Assembly (NCBI GenBank): GCA_031257615.1
Contig: JAIROI010000097.1
Span: forward strand, 2,808 to 41,422
DNA from: Odoribacteraceae bacterium
GTDB lineage: Bacteria > Bacteroidota > Bacteroidia > Bacteroidales > Marinifilaceae
Reading direction: 5' to 3'
Length of the DNA: 38,615 bases
Shown here: positions 35,508-38,615 of the stretch, one piece after another
Position numbering within the stretch: position 1 is the stretch's first letter
Layout: every line of letters begins with the position of its first letter
Notes under the pieces: model-generated
Databases searched by the model: none
Seen by the model: the letters and a program-made list of their open reading frames with translations, nothing else
What the model was told of the DNA's origin: nothing
Translations under genes and position numbers: made by a program

Positions 35508-36302
35508 TCACCATCGTCCCGTTGCCGGTCGCGGCCGCCTGTATTCCGGCCGGTCGTCGAAGCCGGGTCTCTTGAACCGCGGCGCGTTCGGAAAGCTCTT
35601 GGTCACCTCCAGGCGCAGCTGGTCGAGGGTCGACGTCATCCACCGGCACACCTTGCCCGCCTCCGGCAACTCCTCCGCGAAGGCCTCCCACGCCTTCGCG
35701 GAAGCCTCCATCGCCAGCAGCGCCACCTTCGCCGACCCGTTCGCGTCCGCCCCCGCGCGCCCGAGCACCTTCGTGAAAAGCCGGTAGAGAGAGCCCGCGT
35801 AATACGCGCGCTTCAGCTTGGAGAGCATCACCCCCATGTTCCAGTTCACCACGTCCAGCTGCGCCTCCAGCTTCCGCACGCGCCTCAGCCCCCCTTCCTC
35901 GTTCTCGAGCGCGTCCACCAGGTTATAGATCCCCACCTGCTCGTGGTCGATCAGCCGCTCGTAGATGCAGTAGCAGGCATACGCGTCCTCGTCCTTCACC
36001 GCCGCCAGCGCCGTCTCGTCCCGGTGCCCCTCCGCGCGCTCCAGCTCGCCCCGCAGGCCCTCCAGCGGATCCTTGCCCTCGAGGGCGTCCGTCGCCAACC
36101 CGCGTTCCCGGGCAATCTCCCGGATCATACCCTCCTCCATCAGCGCGTACGCCTCGTCCACCTCGTCCTTCTGCTGCTTCCCCAGGCGATCGAGAACAAC
36201 GTAGCTCAGGCAACGAGACGAAAGCGAGCAACGCGAACAACGCTGGTCGCAATAGTCATAAATGTAGGGAATAAACCCCTCCACCCGCCGGCGACTCAGC
36301 AT
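35508..36302 (-). CDS. Hypothetical helical protein with an N-terminal CX3CX2CX5C cysteine cluster
   Basis: I chose the start at MLSRRRVEGF (ATG 36302). The track ORF extends to 36404 through AT-rich sequence. The cluster reads YDYCDQRCSRCSLSSRC and the remainder is predicted all-helical. Confidence 0.55.
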   Translation of the reverse strand: MLSRRRVEGFIPYIYDYCDQRCSRCSLSSRCLSYVVLDRLGKQQKDEVDEAYALMEEGMIREIARERGLATDALEGKDPLEGLRGELERAEGHRDETALAAVKDEDAYACYCIYERLIDHEQVGIYNLVDALENEEGGLRRVRKLEAQLDVVNWNMGVMLSKLKRAYYAGSLYRLFTKVLGRAGADANGSAKVALLAMEASAKAWEAFAEELPEAGKVCRWMTSTLDQLRLEVTKSFPNAPRFKRPGFDDRPEYRRPRPATGRW

Positions 36303-36446
36303 ACCGCCTCCGCCTCTATCGTTGGAAACTCCTTGTATCTTGTCATCTTTCTTCTTATTTATGAATTGATTCGCGAATATATCCTGCCGCGCCGACATAC
36401 ACAATCTTTTTCAAGAGAACAAACGCGCGCGCGACGTTTATTTGAT

Positions 36447-36454
36447 TACATTTG
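36447..36454 (+). promoter_or_regulatory. -7 promoter box (TACATTTG) for tilS
   Basis: TACATTTG lies 20 nt upstream of the tilS ATG. Confidence 0.35.
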
Positions 36455-36473
36455 AAACCAAAACATACCCGTC

Positions 36474-37811
36474 ATGATCGACGCCATAAAGACTTTCTTC
36501 AACAACCACGGCATTGACCCCGCCGCCCGGTTCATCATCGCCGTGAGCGGCGGACCGGACTCCATCGCCTTGCTGCACGCGTTCAAGTACCTGAACGCGG
36601 ACATCCTCGCCCTCCACTGCAATTTCAACCTCCGAGGGAGGGAGTCGGACATGGACGAGCAGTTCGTCAAACGATTCTGCAACACCTACGGCGTCCGACA
36701 CTCCGCGAAGCATTTTAACACCCGCGCCGTCGCCAAACAAAAGGGCATAAGCGTGGAAATGGCCGCCAGGGAACTCCGACGGGAATGGTTCGAGGAGACC
36801 CGCCAGCGACTGCACATGGACTACATCGTCCTCGGACACCACGCCGACGATCAGATCGAAACCCTCCTCCTCAACCTCTGCCGCGGCGCCGGCATCCGAG
36901 GACTCACCGGAATGCTCCCCGTCAACGGACGCGTGCTGCGACCCCTCCTCGAACGATCGCGCGAGGAAATCATCGCCTACATCGAGGCACGGCAGATCGG
37001 CTTCCGCGTCGACTCCTCGAACGCCTCCCTCGAATACGCCCGCAACAAAATACGACACCGCGTCATCCCCGTCCTCAAGGAAATCAACCCGGCCCTGCTC
37101 CGCGTCACCCGACAGACATGCCGCGTCATGAACGAGGTCGAGAGCATCTACCTCCGCGGCGTCGAACTCCTCAAGCAGCAAGTCACCGCCCGCGACGGCG
37201 ACGACCTCCTGATCAGCGTCCCCGAACTCGCGGCCTCGCCCGCCCCCGCCACCCTCCTATTCGAAATACTGCACCCCCTCGGCTTCAACGCGGCTCAAGT
37301 GAAAAGCATCCTCGACAGCCGCGACGCCATCCCCGGAAAGCTGTTCCGAGCCGGCGACTTCACCCTCGCGAAAGAACGCCTCCAATGGCGACTCTTCAAG
37401 GAAAACAACCGGGAACAGCCCCCCGTCTCCATCGACAGCCCCGGAGAACACCGCGTCGAGCAACTCGTCTTCCGCCTCGAGGAGAGAGACGTCGACGATC
37501 GCTTCGAGATCCCCAGGGACAGCCGCGCCGCCGCCTTCAACCTCGACAAGATCGCCTACCCGCTCACCGCGCGACACTGGCAAGAGGGCGACCGCTTCTG
37601 CCCACTCGGCATGAAATGGAACAGCAAAAAACTGAGCGACTTCTTCGTCGACCAGAAGTTCACCGCCCGACAAAAACAAGAGTGCCTCCTGCTCCTCTCC
37701 GGACGCGACGTCATCTGGGTCGTCGGCCACCGCCTCGACGACCGCTACAAGATCACCCCCGCGACCCGCCGCGCGCTCCTGGTCACCGCGACGCCGGTCG
37801 ACCCCGCCTGA
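36474..37811 (+). CDS. tilS: tRNA(Ile)-lysidine synthase
   Basis: 445 aa. It has a PP-loop (AVSGGPDSIALL), HHADDQIET, and the C-terminal TilS substrate-binding domain. Confidence 0.93.
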   Translation: MIDAIKTFFNNHGIDPAARFIIAVSGGPDSIALLHAFKYLNADILALHCNFNLRGRESDMDEQFVKRFCNTYGVRHSAKHFNTRAVAKQKGISVEMAARELRREWFEETRQRLHMDYIVLGHHADDQIETLLLNLCRGAGIRGLTGMLPVNGRVLRPLLERSREEIIAYIEARQIGFRVDSSNASLEYARNKIRHRVIPVLKEINPALLRVTRQTCRVMNEVESIYLRGVELLKQQVTARDGDDLLISVPELAASPAPATLLFEILHPLGFNAAQVKSILDSRDAIPGKLFRAGDFTLAKERLQWRLFKENNREQPPVSIDSPGEHRVEQLVFRLEERDVDDRFEIPRDSRAAAFNLDKIAYPLTARHWQEGDRFCPLGMKWNSKKLSDFFVDQKFTARQKQECLLLLSGRDVIWVVGHRLDDRYKITPATRRALLVTATPVDPA

Positions 37812-37856
37812 TCCAACTTTTTCCCTACCTTCGCGTCGTTTGTTAAAAAGAATCAC

Positions 37857-38615
37857 ATGGGACTATTTAATCCATTCAAGAGCCGCCCGCCCCGGCAAGA
37901 AGAAAGCGTCGCCGACCGCGTCATCGCCCTCTTCAAGGAACGCGCCGCCGCGGAGTCCGTCCGCCTGATCCCCACCAGCGAACCCTGCGCCCTCGCCGAC
38001 AGCAAGCTCGGGGGCGTCCCCTACCTCCCCCCCGGATTCCCCTACCCCCTCGAACGCGGCGAGGGCCGGGAGACCATCCCCCTGCGCTTCCTCGCCCAGC
38101 TCAACCTCGCCGAGACGCCGCCCCTGGAGGGATTCCCCGACCGCGGCATCCTGCAATTCTACGTCGGCAACGACGAGCACTTCGGCGTCGACCACGAAAC
38201 GCTCACCGCGCAAAAGGCCTTCCGGGTGATCTACCACGAGGAAGTAATCCCCCTCGACGCGCCGCCGGAAATACCCCCCGTGCCCGACGACCTTCCCCTC
38301 GTCCCCCTCCCCTTCGCCGACTCCCTCCGCCTTCGCTTCGAGAAGGAAACGTCGGTCATGGAGACCGGCGACTTCCGCTTCGACGCCCTCCTGCTGCAAT
38401 TCTACAACGAGGTCGCGCGGGAAAACGTCCGCGCGCTGGACCGCCTCCCGGAGAAGGTCGTGAACGCCGTCTACGAGAAATTCACCTCCGGCGGACATCG
38501 CGTCGGCGGATACCCCTCCTTCTCGCGCCTCGACCCCCGCGAGTACCACGAGAGCCTCCGCGAACACTCCATTCTTCTACTGCAGCTCGACACGGTCGCG
38601 ACCGCCCCCTCCCCC
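37857..38615 (+). CDS. DUF1963 (YwqG-like) protein, N-terminal 253 aa (gene runs off the window end)
   Basis: Absent from the ORF track because it has no stop codon in the window. My + strand translation from the ATG at 37857 is open to the end: MGLFNPFKSRP...SKLGGVPYLPPGFPYP...LRFLAQLNLAE...GILQFYVGNDEHFG...GGHRVGGYPSF. The LGG.P..P / GxLxFY / GG.P.F pattern is typical of the YwqG family. The antisense ORF 37863-38567 is a G/E/V-rich shadow. Confidence 0.75.
   Translation, partial: MGLFNPFKSRPPRQEESVADRVIALFKERAAAESVRLIPTSEPCALADSKLGGVPYLPPGFPYPLERGEGRETIPLRFLAQLNLAETPPLEGFPDRGILQFYVGNDEHFGVDHETLTAQKAFRVIYHEEVIPLDAPPEIPPVPDDLPLVPLPFADSLRLRFEKETSVMETGDFRFDALLLQFYNEVARENVRALDRLPEKVVNAVYEKFTSGGHRVGGYPSFSRLDPREYHESLREHSILLLQLDTVATAPSP

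Noticed and set aside
37863-38567. 234-aa minus-strand ORF at the window end.
   Set aside because: It is a G/E/V-rich shadow. The + strand frame from 37857 is open to the window end and carries DUF1963/YwqG motifs.

Overview
This is a high-GC chromosomal segment, roughly 60-65 % GC by eye. It looks Bacteroidota-like: pyrG-yidC linkage, TAnnTTTG-type -7 promoter boxes, an ECF sigma module and a DUF349 protein. A Bacteroidales/Rikenellaceae-like origin is only a guess.

Most of the window is densely packed housekeeping and stress genes: yidC (partial), pyrG, a GT2 glycosyltransferase, an ECF sigma/anti-sigma/Spy-like trio, tRNA-Ser(GCU), cysH, threonine aldolase, methylmalonyl-CoA epimerase, a CYTH protein, a GAF protein, pepD, a MarR regulator, glnK-amtB, a sigma-54 activator, hydF, htpG, DUF59-sufE, nth, copA, dxs, pyrH, nfeD, tilS and a partial DUF1963 gene.

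I found no complete, recognisable novel multi-gene system. These are the parts that ordinary annotation does not explain:
1. A 42-bp x 7 tandem array of near-perfect palindromes lies in an ~850-bp divergent region next to the MarR gene.
2. About 1.4 kb of contiguous non-genic repeat DNA spans 26.44-27.8 kb. It holds three different 21-bp tandem arrays, then a ~730-bp REP/BIME-like mosaic of GTAG-containing hairpins arranged as a large inverted repeat around four CACGTG-core direct repeats. A further inverted solo copy sits at 22.67 kb.
3. A low-GC, compositionally mosaic gene encodes a beta-class DNA methyltransferase fused to an Mrr-like nuclease domain and a PKD-like domain.
4. A near-consensus sigma-54 (-24/-12) promoter lies in front of htpG, and a sigma-54 activator without a DNA-binding domain lies 5 kb away.
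5. Synonymous-site strand asymmetry (C/A-ending versus G/T-ending genes) alternates in blocks, flipping sign at least seven times across the window.

All functional interpretations of the repeats are inference. No searches or computations were run, and all counts are hand counts.
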